A stretch of 64,000 nucleotides of DNA, from NCBI GenBank assembly GCA_052426225.1, contig JBNJNM010000006.1:2294001-2358000 (forward strand), read 5' to 3'. Below, in pieces: positions 28,063 to 39,548 of this stretch. Positions within the stretch are counted from its first letter, which is position 1; each line of letters starts with the position of its first letter. Made by a program: the position numbers and the translations under genes. Source of the stretch: Zancudomyces culisetae HAW-14-8. Lineage: Eukaryota; Fungi; Kickxellomycota. Below the pieces are notes generated by a model, which was not told the DNA's origin, ran no database searches, and saw only the letters and a list, made by a program, of their open reading frames with translations.

Positions 28063-28839
28063 TGTTATAGCCAATAATATTACATCTGATTACCCATAAT
28101 TAATCTTAATATTTTATCTTCTATTTAATCATTTCGTCTATGTTTCGTTGTATTATCTAAGAATTACAACTTGTTTATTGAATAAATCTCGTTCTGTGAC
28201 ATTTTGTAATTCTTCCAACTCCTAGTTAATCAGTCTAGATTAGTTGGAAATTATTAATATTTGAAAATTTTTTTTCTAAATTTTCAAAAAAAGTATAAAT
28301 AGCCAACTTCCCCCTGAAATGAAAAATTAAAATCGAATGAACTCGCTTAATATATAAGCGAGTTAACTGTAAGATTGTCAGGGAGAAGACGAATCAGCAG
28401 GTAAGAATGTGGGGTTATAGGCGGCCAATGTGCGCAAGCGCAAGCGAGCACCAGAGCCTCCCACCTCTTCTAAATTTCCTTTAGGAAGCCGGTACTGATT
28501 CGCAAATTACCGAATGGTATGGCTCTCAACGTTAGCTTCGATTAATAAATTTAAGTCGAATAAACTTTTATTCGATTGTTATATATTATTAAATATAACA
28601 CAATATATATATTAAAAAAATATCTAATTTAATACAAAATTTCACTACTTGACTGGTAGTTTAAAAGAAAACTTTTAATACTTTTTGGGTGGGGAGTAAT
28701 GTTATAGCCAATAATATTACTTCTTATTACCCATAATTAATCTTCATATTTTATCTTATATTTAATCATTTCGTCTATGCTTCGTTGTAATTCTCTAAGA
28801 ATTACAACTTGTATATTCAATAAATCTCGTTCTGTGACA
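28063..28839 (+). mobile_element. TRIM (non-autonomous miniature LTR retrotransposon), 777 bp
   Basis: Direct repeats 28063-28201 and 28700-28839 (TGTTA...TGACA), 5-bp TSD CAGGC (28058-62, 28840-44), PPT GGGTGGGGAG before the 3' LTR, no ORF, inserted into gag of element A. Confidence 0.92.
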
Positions 28840-28938
28840 CAGGCAGAACAACAAGGGCGCTCCAGCAGCTAAACCAGGCCGCCAAGGAAGACGTTTAGCC
28901 TTTGAACACGCTGTAGAAATCCGCAGCCTGGTGCAAAC

Positions 28939-29075
28939 TATAACAGCCAATAATGTTACATCATATTACCTGATTATATTTAGTATTTAAATTCTACACA
29001 ATCATTTGGTTAATGCTTTGTTTTAATTCCCTAAGAATTACTACATGTATATTCAAGAAAACTCGTTCTGATACA
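28939..29075 (+). repeat. Decayed solo LTR of the 140-bp TRIM/element-B LTR family
   Basis: Colinear similarity: AGCCAATAAT..TTACATC..AAGAATTAC..CTCGTTCTG..ACA. Confidence 0.75.
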
Positions 29076-30739
29076 CCAACTTTCCACGTATCTCTCCTGT
29101 CTAAGTACAAACAAAACACTATCCCTGGCCGTATTCCAGTCCCACCTCCACCAATAATAGTCATTGGCCAGGAAGAACAGGAAGTACTAATACATTCTGG
29201 ACTCGAAACTGGTATAGAACAAATTATACTATCTCGTGGACTGAAAAGGATTCGACCAATCCGAACAATCATGGGTACCAATAGAACACATTAATGCTGA
29301 AAGAAAAATCAAAGAATTCCACAAGATCAAATATACTAAGGAACAACTGAACTGAACAAAGGATAATAACTACCCACTGTTTATTAAAAACCATAAAAAA
29401 AAGAAAAAATTTTCGGTTGCCATAAGATACCGTTACAGACCACATGATAACATGATCTTAGCTAGCTAAGAAGCCCAAAAGGGTTACGATCCAGCTAATA
29501 GACGCTCGATTGTGACCATGCACCGATGTGCCGCACATAAAGTGCTTTGAACCATTAGGCTCAAACTTGACCTTCCCTCTTCCTAGCATCGCTCACCTGC
29601 CGACGCCTCACACCGAGTACCGGAAAATTCCAACTTGTGAACCACAAACAATTAGCTTGGATCACCAAATTGGCAATAAATAATTGACAAAAACTTCAAG
29701 AAAAACCACTAATTATAATTTCTCAATATATTTTTTAGAAATTTCGTATAAATATTTTTTTTTTCGACGAAAATATTATTCCAAAAATATTTTAGCTCAG
29801 ATAAAAATAAAATTTATCTGAATCAACAAACAACACAAATAATTTTCTCAGACAGTTCATTGGAAGAAGGGTAATGTTATGCCCCAAAACCTATTATATA
29901 ATTTTATTCTGAATCTTTAATTTATCCAATAGAATGTCCTCAGTTGTGAAACCTTAAGTTTTCTAACCTCTTTAAAAACTCCCGTGTTATCCTAGACTTA
30001 AAACTAGCGATAAGGCACCGTACATGGTTATAATATAAAGATCCAGAGATTTTAACTGAGTGGGGCGCCAGGAAATGTCACCATATTCTACTTCCCATTG
30101 GAACCTAAAACCACCCACAGTTTGAACTCCCCTTTATCACTTAACCGTTCCGACACAGCAAGAGCTGTTTCTATTATGAGCTTGAGCTTAAGTGTAAATT
30201 ACAACAATTTAAAAAACTTAAGAACTTGTTTCAGTATAAATAATTTTTAGTATCGAAAATTTCTCGATATTGTTTTGTTATAAACAAATTATATATAAAC
30301 GATTTTTATAGTTATTTAAATTAAATTTAAAGATATCGGACATTTGTATACAATTGTACTAATTTAATTTTAATATTTTATTTTCCACTTAAAAAAACCC
30401 ATAAGAGTGGGTATTATATGGCACAAACAAATAGGAATCATTAAACAGTTTATTAGTTTTTATTTAACCGATATCAAAGCTTTTTATAAACTTTATGTCT
30501 ATTAATCTAGTTTATATAGTAACTATAATATTAAATATAGTCAATCAAAACAACTGTTTGATAAACAATCGAAATATTAAATATCTGTAGCTTACTAACT
30601 TATAAATAATTTAATATATTATAGTTAATCCCAATATTAATTCGCCAGCTATTTCTGGTTGTCGACTTTTATAGGCGTTGCGACATCCTAATATACATGG
30701 TAGGAAATTTATTAAAATTGGCCCGGCTGTACACAGTAG

Positions 30740-30930
30740 AAACTGAGGCTGTTGATGATATGATATTGTCTTTTCAGAATTCAACGGTCCTCTAGACAAG
30801 GGAACTAAGGCGTCGACATTCATTGGCTTTGGAGCTAGTGGGCCAGTCTGCCTAAATGACCACAGGGATTTTTATCGTTGCTGGTGGTAACCTTTACTGG
30901 CCTCATTCTGGTTAAATTGTGGAAGTAGAC
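30740..30930 (-). pseudogene. Gag C-terminal fragment of a chromoviral element
   Basis: PKPMNVDALVPLSRGPLNSE parallels [20 protein letters not shown] in the element B gag. Confidence 0.6.
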
Positions 30931-31794
30931 TAAAATGTTAATCACATTTAGCCAATTTTTCCAATTTTACAATGTTTAAAAATACTTACTGTTAATTATA
31001 TCAACAATTACTTCACTAAGTTTCTTATACTAAATTATTATTTAGAATGTAAATAAATAATATTTTTACTAGACCAAAAATATGTTTTATATAATTATGG
31101 AGTCAACGTATTATTTTTATACATTTATATAATTTTTGAGTGAATTTTAGGATGATTAAAAGTTTTGTATTAAATTGTAAATTTTATTCTCAATGATAAA
31201 ATTATTTTAAAAATTATTTACATTAAAATAGTTATGTATCTTATATCTTATTGATTAAATATTCGTCATAGTTTTAAAAAAATTATTTGTTTCGTTTATA
31301 ATTATACAAATTTTAAACTTGAATACATTATTTTTATAGAAATTTTTATTTAAAATACAGACTTTTGACATATGGAATACTTGGCAGTATGTAATATTAT
31401 ATTTGAGTATTAACTTTAACTTTTAGATATACGTAATTACCTTGAATCCAAACTTGGGAACATTAAGTTAATCAACTAGAATATATTAGTTTCCTGACAT
31501 ACAATATATTAACCAAATACACAAAGACTATTGTGTTATAGAAATGAATGAAATAACACACTAGTACTTACTGGAATAAATGATGGATTCGGTATATGTT
31601 AAGTATACAAACTGCAGTAAAAAACTATTGTCACCTAAAATGTGATAGTAGTCCAGTCATTTTAGTATATGACTTTAGTAGGATTTTAATATTATTTTTG
31701 CATGATTTGCATACCTTTAACCGTACATAAAATAAAAATAAAATTCCATGTCTCAAAACATTACGAAGTAACTGGATTAAATAAATCAAGCATT

Positions 31795-33380
31795 CTCGTC
31801 GCACCGGTGTTGCCCACCCTAATTAAATTAAAATTTATCATATCGATATACGTTTCCATTAATGAGATTGAAGCCATACTGTCCTATGGGTACGAATCAG
31901 GAGACCTATAAGATATACCATCAAAAAAACGACCAAACACGAGAGAAATTACTTAATTAGCCACCTGGAAGGGCTAGCTGTCGTTTGGGCTGTAGTAAAT
32001 TTAAATATTTTGTATGGGGGCAAGATTTATAATATTAAAGATCACAAAAGCTTGTTAAATCTGTTCAACGGGAAAGAGCTTACTGGAAGAGTAGCAGATG
32101 GGCTATGCTACTACGGAACTATGATTAAGAAATTCAGCACCTACCAGGAAAGAAAAACCCTGCAGACAGATATCCAGATTAACAACCGAAATAGTATAGA
32201 CAAAACGATCGCATAGCAGAATTTATAGAGCTAAATTGCTTAGAGCTAAGTGAATATTAGAACATAGTGTATAACATATTATATTCAGTTACTATATCAG
32301 GAAACCATGCCGCGAAAATACGAACTGGAGGTACCCACACAATGAAATAATATTTAATTAAAGAGGATAAATTATATATACATATCGGAATACTGATAAA
32401 ATAGTATTAAATACTCATAATGCTAAGGATGAAGTTAGTAAGATTCATTTAGAGACTCATGAAGGAGTAGAGAATACTTATAAACAAATTAAACACTTGT
32501 TTTATGGAATGAATTTATTTAAAATAACGAAAGATATAGTTAAAAGTTGTGAAGTTTGTCAACTATTAAAGGGAAAAAAAGCAAGAAAAAATACCTGAAT
32601 ACAGTAGAAGGAAATAAACCCTTCGAGATATGGGGATCGATGCTATGGGTCCAATTAACCCAGTATCGAAAAATGGAAACCGATATATTCTGACTGCTAT
32701 CGACTACTGCACCAAATGGCCAGTAGCTTTACCGGTTCCTAACCTACTTAGTAGTACAATTATTAATTTCATTATATACAAAATAGTTATGGACTATGGA
32801 GTCCCGACCCAATTAATTACAGACCAATGTTCAAGTTTCAAGTCTGAAGCAATCAAGGCAGATACAAGTGGTTGAGCATAAAGCATACGCCTACCTCAGG
32901 ATAACGACCCCAGAGCAACGGACAGGTTGAAAGATTAAACCGATCTATAAAGTCAATAATGGCTAAACAAATAGATGAAGAATATCTTAACTGGGATACC
33001 TACCTTTGGAAGACACTGCTAATACTAAGGACTCTGAGCAGTAAGACGACTGGATTTACACCGGCGGAACTACTATACGGAAAGGATCTAACTATGGCAC
33101 ACAACTGGACTCCCACGAATCTAATCGACACCAGGAACGAGTTAGTGCACCACAGAATAGAATTCCTTAGCACCGGGCTTAAGCAAATTCGAGAACTAGG
33201 CTTGGAAAATTCGGAAGTGAAGAAGTTGAAACAGAATGGATATTACGACAAAAAAGTTAAGGAAAAATTATTTAGGAAAAACGACATTGTTTTGAAGTAC
33301 ATCGAAGGCGAAAAAACGAAATTTCAATTAATTTGGAAAGGGCCGTACAAAGTCGAAAAAATATGATAAACGGAGCATAA
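31795..33380 (+). pseudogene. Decayed Ty3/Gypsy pol (RNase H-integrase), related to element D
   Basis: SHLEGLAVVWAV, GIDAMGPINPVS.NGNRYILTAIDYCTKWP, PQSNGQVERLN, TPAELLYG, WKGPY; many stops and frameshifts. Confidence 0.88.
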
Positions 33381-34080
33381 GTGTTTGTCAAAATCAAGAC
33401 AATTTTATAATTGTCTTGCCGACACATTTGAATCGAGAACTTATAGAATTAAAAATATTCCTATATATATTTTAGTATATGGTCTTATGATAATTATATA
33501 TTAATTATAATATAATCTAATATCAAAAATTTTTATCTAAGAATCATGTCGTTACATATATAAACGGAATCTATTTAAACTATAGTAAAATATATTATAC
33601 GATGTATTGTCATTATTTTATATTTTTCCATAAATATTATTGTTTAACGACAGTATAATTATTTTAGATACAATCATGAATAACCAGTTTAGATTCTAAT
33701 GGATTATAATAAATGTATATGTCAGTTTAGCAATCTAAACTATCAGTATTATATAGCCATGATTATCAATTTTTGTATTTTATACACAAGTTTATACTTA
33801 TAAAATTGCGTAGCAAATTCACTAGAAACAATATGATTTAATTATCCGGATTGCCTATCAATAAGAAATTTTGAAACATGTTGATTATAGTCATTGAGAT
33901 GAACTATTTGAATAATGTTTAAGAACTACTTAGTTATATAATAACTGTATAGATACGTTTATTTCTACTTGTTGATATTAATCAATTTGTTGATTATACA
34001 TTTATAAAGTTACATAAATTTAACAAGAAATCAACATAAATAAATTACCAATTCAATTTTCAAGTAACAGATATGGTAAA

Positions 34081-34363
34081 CATAAATTAATACAACTCAA
34101 AGTAAGCTAAATACCAATTTGATAATCATGAAACTAATCAAGGGTCGAACTCCTTGAATGTTTATCGAGTAAGAAATTATACTCTTCAATAAACTAGGTT
34201 TCGCAACCTTGGTTATTTTTTATGAAATTTTTAATGATGAAAAAGTATATAACCCAACGAAGTTCGTGTGGAAATTGTCAGTGAAAAACATTCCTTATAG
34301 TTTAATAAAGTTAATTTTTTTCTTAAATCAAGTTCATTAAATAAAATATATCTAGTTCTAACA
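34081..34363 (+). repeat. Solo-LTR remnant (same family as 52629-53089) truncating the gag of element B; left boundary uncertain
   Basis: Clear colinear similarity to 52801-53089 (AAACTAATCAAGGGTC..GAATGTTTATCGA..AAGTATATAA..CCCAACGAA..GTCAGTGAAAAA..TAACA). Confidence 0.75.
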
Positions 34364-37300
34364 AAAATGCCAGAAAAGTTGGATGAAGTAATAACTCTAG
34401 TAGTTGAGTTGGAAAACACAATTAATTCCAACCTCAGCTATATGAACAGATCCGAGTTCAGAAGTCCATATCCAGCAGCAAACCCGCTTCCAAGACAGCC
34501 CAGACCATTTCAGCCAATGAACAAGCCGTTCCCAAATTACCAGCAAAATCAGTTTCAGCAACACGCGTACCAGAACCAGAACTTCCAGCGCCAGCCAAGA
34601 CAGTACCGCCCTCAGACCCCAGAACCAATGGATATTGATGCCGTAATCCCAAAGCCTAGAGGACCGTTGACAACTGAAGAACGCCAGAGACGGATCCTCA
34701 ACAGTTTATGCATTTACAGTGGACTACCAGGCCACATATTGAGAAATTGCCCGTTACGTGTCCCAAGACCATCAGAGCCAAATTTAAACGTCGAACCCCA
34801 GGAATAACCGGCAAGGTATTACTGGGGCTCACCTTACAGGGATTCCAAGCTAATAAATTTTTAATAAAGTTAATTTTAAATAAATTAAAAACAGTTAATG
34901 CACTAATTGACTCTGGTGCTTCTGAAAATTTTATTAGTCTAAACCTCGTAAAGCAATTAGCCTTGCCCATAGAAAATCTGAAAACCCCGATTCCCGTAGA
35001 AACTATTGATGGGAAACCACTCACAAATTCAGGTATCAATGCAGTAGTCCGGAACATCAAGCTCAGTACCAAGGATAAATACCACTTCACCTCGGACCTA
35101 TACGTGATACCCGCCACTCATGCCGAAATTGTATTAGGCCTTCCATGGTTACAAAAACATAACCCTGATATCAACTGGAAAAAGCTGACGATGGATACAA
35201 AAACCCACACTACTAAGCCTATAGCCGTAAACAATCTTAATATTGATCCGAACCGCAGAATTTCAAAAAACGATATCAAAAAACTAAGTCAGCTGATGGA
35301 TGATAAATTAGTATTAGATGAAGAAAATAAGGTTGACAGAATGAGCGTATCAGAATCAGATTACAGCATGGACTCAGAAGATATAAGCCAAGATGATTCG
35401 GATGGCTATTCGGAAAATGATACATCTTCAGAGAGCGAATCCGAAGATGATCTCGGAATATTCTATGATACTCAACCTGAAGCAATACATTGGCAAAATT
35501 TGAACCCAAGCAACGTATTACAGCAAATTACCGAAACAACCGCATCACTCAGGCAGCCACAAGTCCCAATCCAACAGACAAACCATAATTTGGAAGCCTA
35601 CCAGTCAGATGACAGCCATTTATCCGCATACCATTCTGATTCCGATTCCGAACGTTCATTGACTTCCACCGTAACCTCACCTCAAATCCGTTATTACCAC
35701 ACTCGCGAGAGTATTTTACCTCGCCTGGGACGTCCCCCACCAATGGTAAATTTACCACCTCCAGTAACTTTTTACCCAAGTACACCTATTACTCCTGAGA
35801 TTCTCAGTACACCAGCTCCCAATATTTCAGCCCAACCAGATTTGACACCACCTGAACCTGTTTCTTCCGCATTTGACATAGGAATGCCACTTCTTACTAT
35901 TCCGATTCAACCAAATAATTTTATAAAAAAGACAACAAAAAAACCAGTAAACAAAAAAACATTAAGGACAAAAAATTTTAAACCAATCAGTCGCGTAATT
36001 TCTGAAATTCCACAGTTACAGCCAATCACGGAAAAACATTCAGCAAATAACAATCTCATTCCTGAAATCCCACCTGAACATGCCTCCCTAGCCAAGGTAT
36101 TTGACCTATCCCTAGCCTCTAAACTCCCTCCTCGCAGATCATATGACTGCCAAATCGACATCAAAAAAGAATCTAAACCACCATGGGGCCCTATTTACCC
36201 ATTATCTGAAAGGGAACTCCAGACTCTTCGTGACTACATTACTGAAAACTTAGCAAATGGATTCATCAGAAAGTCCAAATCCTCTGCTGGTGCTTCAATC
36301 ATGTTCGTTAAGAAGAAATCTGGTGACCTCCGCCTTTGTGTAGACTATCGTAAGCTCAACGATATGACTATGAAAAACAGATACCCTCTGCCCAGGATCG
36401 ATGAAGCCTTTGATAGGCTTAGATCTGCCAAATATTTCACCAAACTAGATTTGAAAGGTGCTTATAATCTAGTCAGGATCAGGAAGGGGGACGAATGGAA
36501 GACCGCGTTCAGATGCCGCTATGGACATTTTGAATACAATGTCATGCCTTTTGGCTTGACAAATGCGCCCGCGACCTTCCAACATTTCATCAATGATGTT
36601 CTAAGAGATGTGCTTGATCGTTACGCCATCGCTTACCTTGATGACATTCTGATATTTTCCGACAATTTCCAGGACCACATCAGCCATGTAAACAAAGTTT
36701 TAGCAAAATTGTTAACAAATGGATTGTACTGCAACTTGGAAAAATGCGAATTCCATAAACAGGAAGTGGATTTCTTAGGACACCGCGTGACTTCAAATGG
36801 AATCAGTACAGATCCAGCCAAGATCCAGTCAATCCACAAATGGAAAGTTCCCAAGGATTGTAAGGACATTCAGTCAGTCCTTGGATTCGCCAACTATTAC
36901 CGGAAATTCATTCCTGAATATGCTCAAATCACGTTGCCGATGACAAATCTGCTGAAAAAAGACATCAAGTTCATTTGGGGTCCTGATCAGCAAAAGTCAT
37001 ATGACACACTGAAAACCATGCTCACGACTTCACCCGTGTTACAGTATCCTGATCCTGGAAAGCAATTCATAGTTGAGACTGACGCCTCAGACTATGCCAT
37101 TGGTGCAATTCTGTCTCAAGCCGATGAGAAAGGTGACTTCCGCCCCTGCGCTTATTACTCTTACAAGCTCAAGGCAGCAGAACTAAACTACAATGTTTAT
37201 GATAAGGAGCTATTAGGAATAGTAAGGCACTTAAGGAATGGAGACATTACTTGGAAGGCGCTCGACACCAGTTCATCGTTTTGACAGACCATAAAAACCT

Positions 37301-39548
37301 TGAAACCTTCAAGACTTCAAAGGTTCTCAATGGGCGACATGCAAGATGGTCATTGGAGTTCAGCAGATACGACTTTGTGATCACCTATAGGCCTGGAAAG
37401 CTTGGTGGAAAGTCTGACATTTTATCGCGTTAGTTGGATCATGACCGCGCCTTACAAGACAAAACAATACTCCCAGCCTCAGTTTTTATCGACAGTCTAA
37501 TAACCACCAATCCGTTTCTCCTAGATGATCTCGTCCTACAAACACAAAATGAGCGAATAGAATTAACTAAAAGGGCAGAAACAGAAGCAGCTAAAAAACA
37601 TCTCGCTGTAGGATCAACACCAGACAATCTCATTACTCTGGGAGAATTAGTAGTGGTACCTAAAGCATCAGTATTTAAAGTGATCAGTTCAAGGCATGAT
37701 AGCAAGTTGACAGGCCACTATGGATACAAAAAGACAGTAGAACTACTGAAAAGAGACTTCTGGTTCCCACATATGCACCGTTCAGTCAAGGAATTCATCG
37801 CAGGTTGCGACAGATGCAACCGATCCAAGACATCAAGGAAGAAAAAGCAAGGACTTCTTCAGCCACTACCCGCTCCTGATTCGCCATGGAAATCTATTTC
37901 AATGGATTTCATCACAGATTTGCCCCTTTCAAAAGGGAATACTACAATTTTAGTGGTTGTAGATCGGTTCAGTAAAATGAACCATTTTATACCACTAAAG
38001 AAACTGCCTTCATCTATGGAAACTTCTGAAATCATCCTCAATAACATCATCAGACTCCACGGTTTCCCTGAAGAGATCATCTCTGACCGTGGCTCCCAGT
38101 TTGCATCAAAGTTTTGGAAAGCTCTTTTCAACACTTTAGGTGTCAAAATTAAGCTCTCAACAGCGTTCCATCCTGAAACTGATGGACAAACTGAAAGAGT
38201 AAATCAGACTCTGGAACAGTATCTCCGTTGTTTCTTGTCATATCAACAAGATAATTGGACAGATCTTCTTCCATTGGCAGAATTTGCCTATAACAACTCT
38301 ACTCACGAATCTACTGGATCATCCCCGTTCTTCATCAACTATGGATACCACCCACGCTTTGATCCACCTTTAATCAATAGCCATGTTATGCCTTCTGTGG
38401 AAGAAAGAATCAATCAAATCCATCATATATTCGAAAGAAACCAATAGGCAAATCACTCTCGCTTCATCAACATTCAAAAAATCTTCAGACAAGAAAAGAA
38501 GAAAAAATCCTGAATATACTATAGGTGAAAAAGTTTGGCTTCTAACAAAGAATATTCAGACTACTAGGCCTAGTAAAAAACTGGATTATAAGAAAATTGG
38601 ACCATTCAGAATCAAAGAAAAGCTCAGTGATTTAGTCTACAAACTTGACCTCCCCGTCTCAATAAAAATACATCCAGTCTTTCATGTTTCACTATTAGAT
38701 AAATATTCACCTCCAGTGATTTCTGATCAACCAGCCACGCCGGAACCCATTATTATCAACAATGAATTAGAGTATGAAATTGAGGAAATACTCGATTCAA
38801 AACTTATAAGAAATAAACTATATTACTTGATACATTGGAAGGGATACGATATAAATGAACGAACTTGGGAAATATAATAACATATATCAGCAAATCAACT
38901 CATAAAAGAATTACATTCTCATTTCATTTCAAAGCCAACATAACTATCAATTTTAATAAAATTAATAAAAAAAATAAATATAATTAAGAACAAAAAAATA
39001 TGAAAAACATTGAACACTGAAATATATTTCATAAAAAAGTCAAAAAATAACATCAACTTGAATAACAAAAATGGGATATAAAGTAACAATATATTTATAT
39101 AACATATATAAAAATAATATAAAAGTACTATTACCGATAAGGAACCGTCTTGGGCCATGTGAAACACAATTTGGGTTTTATCACCGTAGCGGTCATTTAT
39201 TGGAGGAGCTAGATTGTAACTATGACACTGAAACCCACATACACCAATAAAATTCCTGCCGATGACTAAACCACTTCCCAATTACGATAATTAATTACAC
39301 CGAGGATCGTACTCAACGGGATTCGAACCGGGCCACTAGGGCAAAGTGCGAGAAGCCTACGTCTAGGCCAAACACAATTACTTTTGAATGGTTTTAAAAG
39401 GGGGATAATGTCATGGCCAATCAGGTGACATATAACCTCCCATAACATTTATTCTAATATTTACTTAGTATTTAATTAATAACATTTGCCTAGCTGTAAT
39501 TCCTTAAGAATTACAATCTGTTTAACTAATAAAACTCGTTCTGTGACA
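34364..39548 (+). mobile_element. Chromoviral Ty3/Gypsy element B (Tf1/sushi-like), 5'-truncated and inactivated
   Basis: Gag tail with degenerate Zn knuckle, PR (IDSGA), RT (AYLDDILI), RNase H (TDASD), IN (HHCC, SMDFI, SDRGSQF), GPF motif, chromodomain (YEIEEILD..YLIHWKGY..TWE), PPT AAAAGGGGGA, 3' LTR 39409-39548. Lesions: frameshift near 37225, TAG at 37431, frameshift near 38445. Confidence 0.93.
34780..34827 (+). promoter_or_regulatory. -1 programmed ribosomal frameshift signal (gag-pol) of element B
   Basis: A_AAT_TTA_AAC in the gag frame (two overlapping X_XXY_YYZ heptamers), followed 6 nt later by the stem-loop CCCCAG..CTGGGG; pol is in the -1 frame. Confidence 0.8.

Larger units (their letters stand above)
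27719..29880 (+). mobile_element. Degenerate chromoviral Ty3/Gypsy element A: gag relic, pol deleted, integrase C-terminus/chromodomain relic, PPT and start of 3' LTR
   Basis: Gag EKFNGDPGKF..KKFFSDPG|RTTRALQQL interrupted by the TRIM; PTFHVSLL..PPPI and YYLVD*KGFDQSEQSW at 29076-29340; purine tract GGAAGAAGGGTAA followed by TGTTATG at 29875. Confidence 0.75.

Noticed and set aside
28484-28527. Minus-strand GAGCC...CGGCTTC resembling group II intron domain V, and nearby CTTACCTG resembling the U1 5' end
   Set aside because: Pairing and loop do not fit domain V, and no further U1 or group II features follow.
39300-39380. tRNA gene on the minus strand
   Set aside because: A/B-box-like motifs are present but acceptor, anticodon and T stems do not pair; kept only as a promoter-like finding.
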